Shown one piece after another: positions 18,901 through 27,971 of a DNA stretch of 64,000 nucleotides. The translations under genes were made by a program, and so were the position numbers. The notes under the pieces are model-generated. The model worked only from the letters and a program-made list of their open reading frames with translations, made no database searches and was not told the DNA's origin. Within the stretch, counting starts at the first letter, position 1, and each line of letters opens with the position of its first letter. This DNA is from an uncultured virus (IMG/VR IMGVR_UViG_3300035698_000446) (lineage: Duplodnaviria; Heunggongvirae; Uroviricota; Caudoviricetes): the IMG/VR virus record IMGVR_UViG_3300035698_000446; one strand, written 5' to 3'.

Positions 18901-19698
18901 TATGTTAGTTGCGGCCAGTGTTGTAGTACCAGTTGTATTTAATGCACCAGTGTTAACCACTGCACCACTGATATTACCAGTTGTGTTAATTAAGCCAGTT
19001 GAGTTAATTGCTCCGCCATTTAATACTGCGGCACTTATGTTACCACTTGAATTAAGGAAGCCACTTACATTGGTTGCCGCTAATGTTGTTGTTCCGGTTG
19101 TATTTAATGCACCAGTGTTAACCACTGCACCACTGATGTTACCAGTTGTATTAATAAAGCCAGTTGAGTTAAGTGCACCTGCGTTAACCACTGGAGAACT
19201 TATGTTACCAGCTAGGTTAGTATACCCTGCTACAGTTAAATCATTGGTAAGAGTAGCATTTTTTGCATCAACATCATATTGTGCTGTTACGTTACCAAGT
19301 AATAAATCACTGTATGATGATTCTGTAGCAATACTACCATATGTAGTACCAGTCTCTGTTGTTGCAATCATTTTGAATGCATCAGAGCTTTCGTCCCAAT
19401 AAAACGCTTGGTTGACTAAACTACCACGTTCAAAAACAAAACCTAGATCATATCCGTTAGTACCCGAAAACGCATTGTTTAACACGAGCAACGGATCGTT
19501 AACGTATGTGTTTGTTGATGCTAGTGTTACATAACTGGTTGCACCAGTAACATATAAGTTACCAGTGATAACAAAATCACTAGTTACTACAATATTGCTA
19601 CTGAATAATGCACCGGTTACGGAACCTGGTATAATTTTACTGTTTGCCCAGATACCTGAATCCAGTATCTGGTTATTTTTAATTCTGGTCACTGCCAT
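15940..19698 (-). CDS. Large repeat-rich virion fibre/structural protein (1252 aa)
   Basis: Gly/Asn/Thr/Ala-rich beta repeats ('GAINSTGLINTTGNIS'), 'NLADPTSAQDAVTLTY' fibre motif, Ig-like and 'IDSF..Y.SAKY.IQ' C-terminal modules. Confidence 0.8.
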   Translation of the reverse strand: MAVTRIKNNQILDSGIWANSKIIPGSVTGALFSSNIVVTSDFVITGNLYVTGATSYVTLASTNTYVNDPLLVLNNAFSGTNGYDLGFVFERGSLVNQAFYWDESSDAFKMIATTETGTTYGSIATESSYSDLLLGNVTAQYDVDAKNATLTNDLTVAGYTNLAGNISSPVVNAGALNSTGFINTTGNISGAVVNTGALNTTGTTTLAATNVSGFLNSSGNISAAVLNGGAINSTGLINTTGNISGAVVNTGALNTTGTTTLAATNISGFLNSSGNISAAIINGGAINSTGLINTTGNVSASQASVATVKASGLTTGRVVTTSADGLMIDNDGLRFASNTLTVGAKITANAAGWIGTTSGDLVLAATDDVDFNGSSAINLADPTSAQDAVTLTYLESALSSDVTQIIADDSFVAVNDSGASGNIVINVDADRVGLITQDTTQVLNNLNVANATVSTSAATGAIVSAGGVGVTGNVVASLQLKSLADWQSLNTTTGAIITAGGVGIAKNLNVGGDVVVTGGLTVQGDYTTLNVATLDVEDLQITVANGAGTSASADGAGINVAYGNVGANITYTHATTSWNLNRTTIIEGTDAATAADEGALQVLGGAGIGGRLYVGSGIQGTVIGNVTAAAASFTTVNASGFVNLAGNLSAAVLNGGAINSTGLINTTGNISGAVVNAGALNATGTTTLAATNISGFLNSSGNISAAIINGGAVNAGTITATGYVNLAGNLSASVMNGGTVNADTLTATGNVIGGLASFASINATPIGNATASSGSFTTLAASGFVNLAGNLSASVVNGGAINSTGLINTTGNISSAVMNTGALNATGTTTLAATNVSGFLNSSANISAAVMNTGTFNASGVATVSNATEASATDTGAIVTPGGVAMAKSVFIGIGATINSTKVATSVTVKGQGNDALMVIDTAKNAAVFSSTGNTLVQDGAVVKFDSTGAIVLPVGSNSNRPGATANVAVAGMLRYSTTASGIEYYDGSEWVQPGTEFTVVASDQFNGDGATVAFTLDVASTTAATIVSINGIVQIPTTAYAVSGTTMTFTEAPAAGDVIDARRFVTTATVNSLANGAGTVQLNAGDNNFANIVTGSAVRISVNAAGSVVIEQDLTVKGQLTVLGDSSGNINIGNESGDKVQLTGTIVYDETPITTQAGNMVIIDSFPDTAYHSAKYFIQMRDGATSSVHSQETMLAQEDAVVTHSSYAVIAPDGEIGTFVSNIASNVVRLIMVPVGAGINANIKVQTTYIV
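17140..19200. repeat. Internal ~165-nt (55-aa) near-identical repeats in fibre gene
   Basis: Block 'gctccgccgttaataattgcggcacttatgttaccacttgaattaaggaagccacttatgttagttgcggccagtgttgtagtaccagttg' occurs at ~17563 and ~18845, with further copies at ~19010 and ~17150. Confidence 0.85.
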
Positions 19699-19891
19699 TT
19701 TTAAATTCCTAAATTAGATGTTACGTTAATGTATTTGTACGAACAGCCAGATTCCGTGTTCCGGGCAGTTGCTCAAACAGTAAAATTAGGTTCCATATCC
19801 CCCACTGTTTGGTATTTGATTATTAGTAATATTTAGCCGGAATGGAGTAAAATAGTCCGTCTAAGATGGCTGTATTATAAGATACTATATG

Positions 19892-21295
19892 TTATTTTAT
19901 GATGTAGTTTTTACTTAATCGAACGTTGGTGTTCGCGTAGTCTGCGGTAAATTGGATTAAAACATTATTTCCACTGATTGTAGCAGTAACGTTCCCTACC
20001 TGTTCAGCTGTTGTGATACTTGTTATTTGATTTGACACTGCGGCGGTGCCATTATGTGTTACTAATACTTCATACGCGGCAAATCTAGTATCATCTGTGG
20101 CTTGGATTGTATATTTTACTGTTCTGTACACTAGCTTGCTAAAGCTGTCTATGGTTGTTGCTACACCAGACGATGACACAGTTGTATTTGCATTTGTGGT
20201 TGCAAATGCACCTGCAACTTCTATCGAACCGTCGGCAACTGGTATTGCTATACTAGTTGTTCCTAACTGTAATTTATCAATACTAACTACACCACCAGAG
20301 ACATGTCTGACTTCAATAACGTCGCCGGCGGCAGGTGCTTCTGCAAATGTTAGTGTTGTCCCGGACACAGTATATGCTGTAGTTGGTTGTTGCATAGTAC
20401 CGTTAATACTAATAATTAAATCATTTACTGACCCTGCCGCAGAACTTAGCGTAAATTCAGTATCGGAACCATTCCCGTTGAGTATCTGTGAGGTAATGGT
20501 TGCAGTTCCACTATCCCATGCTGACCCATCATATACTTCTAAGCCTCCGGTATCAGTATTAAATCTTATATATCCTGCATTAAGTGTTGACGGTCTATCA
20601 TCTGTGCCACCCAATGGCAGACCAATGGCATTGCCTGTAAACTGTACTGCACCCGCGCCATCTGATGCAATGATTATATTTGCGCCACTGTTTACTGACG
20701 ATATTGTGGTATTATTGACCTGTAAGTTACCAATATTGGCAATTGAGCCGGAACTACTGCCTACACCAAATGTTCCTGTATATCTACCGCCTGATATATA
20801 AACTGATTTACCCGCAAAGTTAACTCCATTTGGTAAATTAGTTCCAATAAAATGTAGGACTCCTGACTGATAGTCAAAGAACCATTCGTCATTGTTGCCT
20901 GACCCAGTAGCAAATACTTGCACTCCGTTCGCCGCGGCATTACCAGCAAAACTTGAATAGTGTATGTAGACTTTTGCTTGATATGTTGACCCTAATTCAG
21001 GTGGTATCCAATCTGTCAGGCTAGCCTTCCAAGTTCTGTTTGCTGTTGATGTTAAGTCTGCTGAGCATTCAAATGGTAATGATGTTGTGTGAACTGTTAC
21101 TGGAGCCGCGTTGGACCCGGGTAGCGTTCCTGGTATGCTTGACGCTTGTTGCCACACCTTGTCACCACGCAATAACAGCGGGCTTGGTATAGCTTCGTTA
21201 GGTGCTTTCTTGTTGTCGTTGGTGTCAGTTTTAGTAGCACCGTAACCTAGTTTCTTCCAAAGGTAATCAACTTTCTGGGTATCTGAAATTGCCAT
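19892..21295 (-). CDS. Virion structural protein (fibre/decoration family)
   Basis: C-terminal half is paralogous to the 15940-19698 C-terminus ('RFNTDTGGLEVYDGSAW', 'NGTMQQPTTAYTVSGTTLTFAEAPAAGDVI'). Confidence 0.75.
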   Translation of the reverse strand: MAISDTQKVDYLWKKLGYGATKTDTNDNKKAPNEAIPSPLLLRGDKVWQQASSIPGTLPGSNAAPVTVHTTSLPFECSADLTSTANRTWKASLTDWIPPELGSTYQAKVYIHYSSFAGNAAANGVQVFATGSGNNDEWFFDYQSGVLHFIGTNLPNGVNFAGKSVYISGGRYTGTFGVGSSSGSIANIGNLQVNNTTISSVNSGANIIIASDGAGAVQFTGNAIGLPLGGTDDRPSTLNAGYIRFNTDTGGLEVYDGSAWDSGTATITSQILNGNGSDTEFTLSSAAGSVNDLIISINGTMQQPTTAYTVSGTTLTFAEAPAAGDVIEVRHVSGGVVSIDKLQLGTTSIAIPVADGSIEVAGAFATTNANTTVSSSGVATTIDSFSKLVYRTVKYTIQATDDTRFAAYEVLVTHNGTAAVSNQITSITTAEQVGNVTATISGNNVLIQFTADYANTNVRLSKNYIIK

Positions 21296-24213
21296 TAGCT
21301 AGCCACCCCCACGCTTAGTGCAGTGATGCTTTCACCACTTGCTAATGCAATACGAACTAGTACAACATTGCCTGTTGCGTTTGTTGCGTTTTCAGAACCT
21401 AGTGTCATTGTGTATCCGCCACTAAGTGATGTACTTGTTGCTATCCTATCACCCGATGTAAATGCACAACCGTTTGACCCATTACCACCGTCACCTGTGC
21501 TAGCACCCGGAACACCTGCTCCAGCATAGGTTGTTGCTGTGTCTAACCAACCATTTAATGTTGAGGCATCATCTATTCCTGTTCCTGGAGCCGCTATCCA
21601 TACGCCTGTTACACCAGAAGAGCTTGTAATGTTTAAATCAAAGTTTGCCATTGTTGTTCTACGGAAAGCAAACGTAAAGTATTGTGTTCCTGTGTCACCA
21701 CTTCTATCTGGTCCTACTGGTAGGAATCCTGCTGAGTAATCTACAACATTGTGTGCTAATACCCCCAATCTAATAGTTGCTTCTTTGGTACCTTCAACGC
21801 CCGGATCAGCCGATTCAGCGTATAGGCTGTTAGTATAAAAGTTTGTTGCTCCGTTGTATGTTGGTGTGTTTGTTGTCTCGGCACTAAAGTCAAAGATACG
21901 TACGCCATCATCATCAAAGCCAGCGCCTAATGCATCAGCTACTGCGATAGCGATCTCACTGATACCGCTCTGTGCGGCTGTATGTACTTGTACTTTGGTT
22001 GCGTGAGTTGCTGTTGACCCAGTTCCGTTGGTGTTATAAGCAAGCACACCTATTTGTTCAACTGTTCTAACAGAACTTGATGTTATTGCTACTGTTATAT
22101 TGCCTAAAGAGTATGCTGATCCTACTCCGGTTCCTGCTTTAGGTATTCCTCCACTAAGCATGGTAGTTGTACCATCAATATTAGTGTATGTATATGACTG
22201 TGTTGCTACTGCAGATCCTGTTGTGCTTTCTGCATTAGTACTAGATACCACTTCGAGTGGAGTTGTTGTGTTTCTATACGTTTGCCCAATAAAATTAGTT
22301 ACTTCTAACCCATAAAATCTTAATGTTGGTGATCCTGAATTATAATAAGGAATCCCAGACACATACCGTTTTGTTCCAGCCGCAGTTTCAAGCAACAATC
22401 CAGTGTCTGACATCGTTGGTGCACTTGTTAAATCATCTTTAACAAACTCTACTAGATTTGTTTGCCCTGTTTCATTGTGCGTCAATCTAAAGCTGTTGAT
22501 ACCAGTAGGTATCTTGCTGGTAGCTGACGTTGCTCTTGCTGTAAATCCTGTAAATGTTCCGGGAGCGTATATTGAACTAGCAAATGACACGGTACTTCCA
22601 GCGGCATTTAATAAATTATAGTCACTTTCTGCTATTATCTGCAGATTTCCTGTTGTACCAACTTGACTGCCAGAGCTTAATGTTATGTTACCTTGATCTG
22701 TACCGTTAATTAGTGCTGACAAGTACCCACTGTCAGCGTTGTATGCATACGATGTTGTTGTAACCGTACGTATTTGTGATGCTGACGTTGTTGTTCTGCT
22801 AACCGAGTCGCCTGGGCTTAATGTTGTTCCACTTGTGTTATCTGTAGCGTCTGCCGCTAGTAGTGGGCTTGTTCCAATTGATGTGTCGAACGTTATTGTT
22901 TTTGTGCTTAATCCGTTTGGAGCGGCAATATTAGCGTCATAGACTTTTAAACTCAGTGATGCCTTTGTTGGGATTACTGCTGGGTTTGCTGTAGTGTGGC
23001 TAGTTAGATACAATTGAACCGGTAACGTTCCAGTTCCTGTTGATTTATTAAATGCATATGAATAATCATATCTATCACCCGATACTCCGCCTGTTGCAGA
23101 ATCGCTTGCTACACTTGCATTCGCTGTACCATCACCAAAGTTAATGTTATATTCAACGTCAGCCATTGAGGTATTTGTTGTGGTGTTTTTTACGTAAAAC
23201 GTTTCACCTTCAGTTACATATAAGGTTGATCCTGATAACGCTGACCCACCGGATGCCGCTCTATAAAGTTCTAATCCTGCAACTGGATTGGCAGTATAAA
23301 TTATTATATAATCTGTTCTACTTGCACTTGCAGTGCTACCAGTCCCCGATCCACCGTTATTATACGCCGTTACTGCTACGGTAAATGGACTATTTGTGTT
23401 GTCAGTGTATGTATGGCTTGGCGTAGAGTCTGTGGTTGCCGTTGTTGGTGTTTCACCATCTCCCCAATCAATATCATACCTATTAGGATTACCATCGGTA
23501 CTTAATGTTAATGTTACTGTTGTTCCTTCTCCACCTGCTGTTGGTGTTCCTGTAAATGATATTGATTTAACAAAGGTGTTGTTACGAACATTCTCCATCA
23601 TTTCGTTCAAATCGTCGATGGCATCTGTAACTTTTGTTGCTGTTGTCCATCCGGTATAGGCCGCAGGACTAATTAGATTGCCATCAGACGATGTTCCTAA
23701 TGTTATTACATTAGCAATTAGTGTTGACCCTGCTACTATGGCGTTATCAACGTACCCTTTCGATGCGGCGTCTTGGTCTGTTTGTGGGCTAGCAACGTGG
23801 TGAACTATATTATTTCCAAAACTTATAAACGAGCTAGGAGCGATAATAGTGTTATCTAAGGTACTGTCACCACTGACTGTTAATGCTGTTAGTGTGCCTA
23901 ATGATGTTATGTTTGGTTGGGAAACTGTGGAAATAGTGCCAAGAAGTTTTTCTGCATTAACATAATTCCACGGGTGAGATACGTTACCAATATTAGAAAA
24001 TCCTGCGCTATCAGTACGTAGATCACCACCAACTATTATTGTATGGCCAACTACATGTAGTTTTTGTTCTGGGGTGTCCGTCCCAATACCAAATCTATAA
24101 TTACTAACGTCCCAATATGTTAAAGATTGGCCATTCGAGCTGATATATAGATCTGTGCCTTGACGATCTAAATTCGCTACTAAAGAATACCCGGGAACTC
24201 GACTAATTGCCAT
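21295..24213 (-). CDS. PKD-domain virion structural protein (972 aa)
   Basis: PKD signatures 'YDIDWGDG...PSHTY' and 'YNINFGDG'. 'FGIGTDTPEQKLHVVG' and 'DAASKGYVD' fibre motifs. TAATG coupling to next gene. Confidence 0.78.
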   Translation of the reverse strand: MAISRVPGYSLVANLDRQGTDLYISSNGQSLTYWDVSNYRFGIGTDTPEQKLHVVGHTIIVGGDLRTDSAGFSNIGNVSHPWNYVNAEKLLGTISTVSQPNITSLGTLTALTVSGDSTLDNTIIAPSSFISFGNNIVHHVASPQTDQDAASKGYVDNAIVAGSTLIANVITLGTSSDGNLISPAAYTGWTTATKVTDAIDDLNEMMENVRNNTFVKSISFTGTPTAGGEGTTVTLTLSTDGNPNRYDIDWGDGETPTTATTDSTPSHTYTDNTNSPFTVAVTAYNNGGSGTGSTASASRTDYIIIYTANPVAGLELYRAASGGSALSGSTLYVTEGETFYVKNTTTNTSMADVEYNINFGDGTANASVASDSATGGVSGDRYDYSYAFNKSTGTGTLPVQLYLTSHTTANPAVIPTKASLSLKVYDANIAAPNGLSTKTITFDTSIGTSPLLAADATDNTSGTTLSPGDSVSRTTTSASQIRTVTTTSYAYNADSGYLSALINGTDQGNITLSSGSQVGTTGNLQIIAESDYNLLNAAGSTVSFASSIYAPGTFTGFTARATSATSKIPTGINSFRLTHNETGQTNLVEFVKDDLTSAPTMSDTGLLLETAAGTKRYVSGIPYYNSGSPTLRFYGLEVTNFIGQTYRNTTTPLEVVSSTNAESTTGSAVATQSYTYTNIDGTTTMLSGGIPKAGTGVGSAYSLGNITVAITSSSVRTVEQIGVLAYNTNGTGSTATHATKVQVHTAAQSGISEIAIAVADALGAGFDDDGVRIFDFSAETTNTPTYNGATNFYTNSLYAESADPGVEGTKEATIRLGVLAHNVVDYSAGFLPVGPDRSGDTGTQYFTFAFRRTTMANFDLNITSSSGVTGVWIAAPGTGIDDASTLNGWLDTATTYAGAGVPGASTGDGGNGSNGCAFTSGDRIATSTSLSGGYTMTLGSENATNATGNVVLVRIALASGESITALSVGVAS

Positions 24214-24249
24214 TTAATTTTCCAACCTTTCTACTATTTATCAAAAAGG

Positions 24250-24717
24250 TTATGAGGCGATTGTAGAATTTATTCCGTGGATAACAGTAATCTGAGCTGA
24301 ATTGCTAGGATTGGAAGTAAATGATATGTCAGTACCTGATATGGCGTTTGCGGCAAATTCGTAGTTGGTTCCTGGAATTTGATAAACTGTACCTACATGC
24401 ACTAAGATATTAGCCGCCCACAATTGTGGAGCCGCTGTGTTATAGTTAACTGCTAGAGGGCCGTAGTCTGAAACCGCACTGTCACCGGAAAAGCTGTCTT
24501 TGGTAATAAGTGATGTTCCACTGCCAACTGTTGATACTGACTGCCATGTGTTTGACGTATGTGAATAATACTCAATTTTATCTGAGGATGTGCTGTAACG
24601 TAATGATGTTTGATCTGTAGTTCCGTTTACATTAGATCTAAAGCTGGCGGATGTTGCCGGGAGACCTAAAGCATAGTTGCCGGATGAAAATACAGTATTT
24701 TTTGCAAAGCGTCCCAT
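24250..24717 (-). CDS. Small virion structural protein (paralogous Ig-like module)
   Basis: 'LRYSTSSDKIEYY...W', 'VHVGTVYQIPGTNY' resemble the modules in the two larger fibre genes. Confidence 0.65.
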   Translation of the reverse strand: MGRFAKNTVFSSGNYALGLPATSASFRSNVNGTTDQTSLRYSTSSDKIEYYSHTSNTWQSVSTVGSGTSLITKDSFSGDSAVSDYGPLAVNYNTAAPQLWAANILVHVGTVYQIPGTNYEFAANAISGTDISFTSNPSNSAQITVIHGINSTIAS

Positions 24718-25032
24718 TTAGATTCCTATATAACTTACAGTCATTGAAATAGCGTTAGTAGCGTCAGTATTGGCTTTTATCATATCTCCAGCACTTAAAA
24801 TTAACTTTTCACTGTCAACAACATAGGTATCACCTGTTTGTACTTGTATACCTGAATATACTCGATGGCTTAGTGTAGTTAGTGAGTTACCTGCTGGACA
24901 TACATAGATATCAAATGTCCTTGCTGAACTGTCTGTATTACAAAGATACATGGCTGTGATAGCACTAGCCCCAACACTAATATATACATTAGCCGCATCG
25001 CCATTTGTTACTAAAGAATTTGTTATTGCCAT
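24718..25032 (-). CDS. Small beta-rich virion protein
   Basis: 104-aa ORF abutting neighbours in late operon. Confidence 0.6.
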   Translation of the reverse strand: MAITNSLVTNGDAANVYISVGASAITAMYLCNTDSSARTFDIYVCPAGNSLTTLSHRVYSGIQVQTGDTYVVDSEKLILSAGDMIKANTDATNAISMTVSYIGI

Positions 25033-25041
25033 TTTCTAATC

Positions 25042-25599
25042 CTATAAAATTATTGAAAACACTATGGCTTTCGATTTTGTTACTAATTCGTCGCTGGCTG
25101 TGTCGGAGTTTACTACAAACAATCCGCTACCTGCACTGCCTATTGCATCTGCGTAAATTTTTGTTTTGTTAGAGGTTGCTGTTGGTATATATGTAGTTTC
25201 ATCAAATTGAACATGGAACCCATTAGTTTCTAAGTTGCCACCTAATTGTGGAGTTGTGTCGTCAACAACTGCTGTTAATCCACCACCGGCCGATGTTAGT
25301 ATCGTGCTATAGCTACTGCCATCTACAGTAAGTTCCCACAAATCTGATGTTTCGTTCCATCGCAACGCCACGTTGGCTTGCAATCCCCTGTCAACCGACA
25401 GGCCTGATGTACCTGGTGACGCATTGCCACCAACACCCCATCCAGCTTCACCAACATTTAATGTGATGTCTTTATCTTGGACATCAGTATTTGTTACTGT
25501 GGTTGTGTCATACACCCCCGCAACGTGTAGGTTGCCGGTTACGTAGACATCTGCGGTATCTATAGTATAATCTGTATTAAGTTTTTTAACTGCGGCCAT
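25042..25599 (-). CDS. Virion structural protein
   Basis: 'DVQDKDITLN', 'VVDDTTPQLGGNL' fibre-type motifs. Late motif at 25622-25627. Confidence 0.65.
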   Translation of the reverse strand: MAAVKKLNTDYTIDTADVYVTGNLHVAGVYDTTTVTNTDVQDKDITLNVGEAGWGVGGNASPGTSGLSVDRGLQANVALRWNETSDLWELTVDGSSYSTILTSAGGGLTAVVDDTTPQLGGNLETNGFHVQFDETTYIPTATSNKTKIYADAIGSAGSGLFVVNSDTASDELVTKSKAIVFSIIL

Positions 25600-25645
25600 T
25601 TTAATTTATTCCAGTTTCTATTATTTATCTTCTAAGTAAGAACTC

Positions 25646-25676
25646 AAAAAAATAGCACCCGGAGGTGCTATTTTTA
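25646..25676 (-). terminator. Intrinsic terminator
   Basis: AAAAATAGCACC-CGGA-GGTGCTATTTTT. Confidence 0.85.
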
Positions 25677-25688
25677 ATATAACGCTGA

Positions 25689-26600
25689 TTAGTCGTTTGT
25701 TGCTAGTTTAACACTAACGTTAGCAGTCGCTGAAGATATACTCCAAGGTACAACTGTACCATTTGCAAACTGTGTACCACTAATTCGTACACCAAGTGTC
25801 ACGTTACGTGAAGTAATTTTTTCAACGTAATATGTAGCACCTGTGCTTTCGCTTACTGTGATTGTACAGTTGCCTTCTGCTGATGGTCCACCTGCCGCTA
25901 GTGCTGGCGCGCCACCTTCTAATAGAGCAACACTTGTACCTTCATCATTGGCTATTTTGTATCTAGTTGATCCTTTTTGCGAAACAATGTCACCTATTCT
26001 ACCAGTGCCGCCGCCATTAACCCATGCATTAGCTTGGATAGTGTTAGCTGTAACGTTTGGAGTAACTAGTATTGGCAGTATATCACCAAGTATACCCACG
26101 TCACCAAATTGAACTGGTGAACTAATTGCCGCAGTGTTAGCAGTTGACATTGTGATATTACCTGTTGCTGTGTTAACACCAACAACACGTGTTGGACTAC
26201 CAAATGACGCCGTAGTAAAGAATGCGTTAGCAACCATACCTGGATAAATGCCGTCTGTTACTCCACTCGCAAATTTAAATACTTTACCTGCAATTTGTGT
26301 AAACCCGTCTACAGTAACGTTAGCTGGTTTATTAAATGTTACTGTTGGTGCTGATGTATACCCAGTACCAGAAGTTGTAATTGTTGTTGATGCTACATTA
26401 CCATTACCTGGAGCATTATCTGCTGACGCAACAAAGGTAACGCTTGCTTCTGCTGTGGTTCCACCAATAGGTGAAGCAGAAAAGGTTATAGTTGTACCTG
26501 AGGAATAGCTGTTAGCACCGTTAACTCTTAATGACGATACTGACTCACCACCTGGGGCTTCTGCTAAACCAAAAAATCTTTTACTTAAAGGACGTCCCAT
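25689..26600 (-). CDS. Putative capsid decoration/structural protein (start MGRPLSKRFFG)
   Basis: Strong SD TAAGGAG before ATG 26600. The track's 26720 start runs through a terminator. Directly downstream of gp23, Thr/Gly/Ser-rich. Confidence 0.7.
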   Translation of the reverse strand: MGRPLSKRFFGLAEAPGGESVSSLRVNGANSYSSGTTITFSASPIGGTTAEASVTFVASADNAPGNGNVASTTITTSGTGYTSAPTVTFNKPANVTVDGFTQIAGKVFKFASGVTDGIYPGMVANAFFTTASFGSPTRVVGVNTATGNITMSTANTAAISSPVQFGDVGILGDILPILVTPNVTANTIQANAWVNGGGTGRIGDIVSQKGSTRYKIANDEGTSVALLEGGAPALAAGGPSAEGNCTITVSESTGATYYVEKITSRNVTLGVRISGTQFANGTVVPWSISSATANVSVKLATND

Positions 26601-26708
26601 TTGTTTTATCTCCTTATTAAATGGCGTTCTAGGCCTACGCGGTGGGTACCGCATAAACTCTCTCGCGAGTGAACTAAAAGTATTTATCGTCTTTAAGATA
26701 TTTTGTCC

Positions 26709-26737
26709 AAAAAAAAGCACCCCTAAAGGTGCTTTTT
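26709..26737 (-). terminator. Intrinsic terminator after major capsid gene
   Basis: AAAAAGCACC-CCTAAA-GGTGCTTTTT with U-run on minus strand. Confidence 0.85.
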
Positions 26738-26765
26738 AATTTCTTTACTATACCAATAAATCGAT

Positions 26766-27941
26766 CTATTGGAATGTTAAGTTTGAGATAGCTACTTCTT
26801 CTAAGTAATCAGCCGCATTACCAAGAGATGATGCTGTGTTTGATAATTCAACATAGCCATATCTTGTCATAAAGCCGACTACTGGTTCGAAAGTAGTCGG
26901 ATCAAGCACAACGCCACTGCTCATTAATGGTACGTATGGGCAATAGAACGCGGCTGCATCAGCTTCTGATGAACCTTTGTAACCAACTAATACTGATGTA
27001 CCGTCTGCCGCATAACCATCAACATAAATTCTCATAGCACTGTTTAATGTACCAACGAATTTAGTGTTTGTAGGTGCTTCAAATGTACCTTCTGTAGTAC
27101 GAGCAAAAGCTGAAGTAGTAGCAGATTGTAGTACAGTTAAAGCCGCAGGAGATACAACAGCCCAGTTACCAGCGCCTCTACGTGTACGTTGAGCGATTAA
27201 GTTTGCCGCACGGTTGATTGTAACCGCTAATGCCGCATGCTCGTCACCTACGAATGTAGCTGTACCAGATACTGTTGCTTGGTTGTATGTATATGTTTGA
27301 CCAGATAAACTTCTTAATGAAGCAAGAACTTCTTGATCAATTTCAACTGTAATTTCTTGAGCTAGTGCCGCCATGATTTCAGCTTCTACGTCTAGACCGT
27401 GCATTGCTTGAGCGTCTTGAGCCGCTTCAAAAGTCCAACGTGCTGATAACTTACGTGTTTTAGCTTCAACAGTTTGTTTAAGAATCTGAACATTGATTCT
27501 ACGACCTGCTTGGCCTTCAAGTGCTGATGTTGTAGCACCTAATCCAGCAGTTCCATCTCCAGAGTAAGCAACGCCTACTTTGAATGGTGATAGAGCTTCA
27601 TCACCAGCTGTTACGTCGTTTGCTGTACCTGTTGCATTGTTTGTATCAGCATATCGTACACGTAATGTATGGATCTGAGCAACTGGGCCAGTCATTGGTT
27701 GTACACCAACGATTTCGTTAGCGATAACTGTTGGCATTACTCGACGAATTACAGGAAGAATAACTCTATTTAATGTAGCAACGTTACTTGAACTAGTTGC
27801 GCCACTTGTAGCGTTTTCTTGCAAGTGTTTCTTTGTGTTTTCTAAAATTACTGCCATTGTGGTTCTACGTGAACCTTGTAAGCCTTCTAACAGGGCGTCC
27901 TTGGTTTCGTTCCAACGGCCTTCTAATAGTTGGGTTGTCAT
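26766..27941 (-). CDS. gp23: Major capsid protein
   Basis: 'IVGVQPMTGP', 'VEAKTRKLSARWTFEAAQDAQAMHGLDVEAE', 'GYKGSSEADAAAFYCPYVPL', 'FMTRYG'. Confidence 0.97.
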   Translation of the reverse strand: MTTQLLEGRWNETKDALLEGLQGSRRTTMAVILENTKKHLQENATSGATSSSNVATLNRVILPVIRRVMPTVIANEIVGVQPMTGPVAQIHTLRVRYADTNNATGTANDVTAGDEALSPFKVGVAYSGDGTAGLGATTSALEGQAGRRINVQILKQTVEAKTRKLSARWTFEAAQDAQAMHGLDVEAEIMAALAQEITVEIDQEVLASLRSLSGQTYTYNQATVSGTATFVGDEHAALAVTINRAANLIAQRTRRGAGNWAVVSPAALTVLQSATTSAFARTTEGTFEAPTNTKFVGTLNSAMRIYVDGYAADGTSVLVGYKGSSEADAAAFYCPYVPLMSSGVVLDPTTFEPVVGFMTRYGYVELSNTASSLGNAADYLEEVAISNLTFQ

Positions 27942-27971
27942 TTCTTTGTTTTCCTTTAAAAAAAATTAATA

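Noticed and set aside
17140..19200. CRISPR array or DGR template/variable repeat pair
   Set aside because: Repeats are in-frame coding units without unique spacers. Differences are not adenine-specific and no reverse transcriptase is in the window.
16190..23659. Many plus-strand ORFs rich in Pro/Val/Leu/Ala
   Set aside because: Antisense shadows produced by the Gly/Thr/Asn/Ala codon bias of the minus-strand fibre genes.
26601..26720. N-terminal 40-aa extension of the 343-aa track ORF
   Set aside because: It runs through the gp23 terminator, the late promoter and the structured leader. The SD supports ATG 26600.
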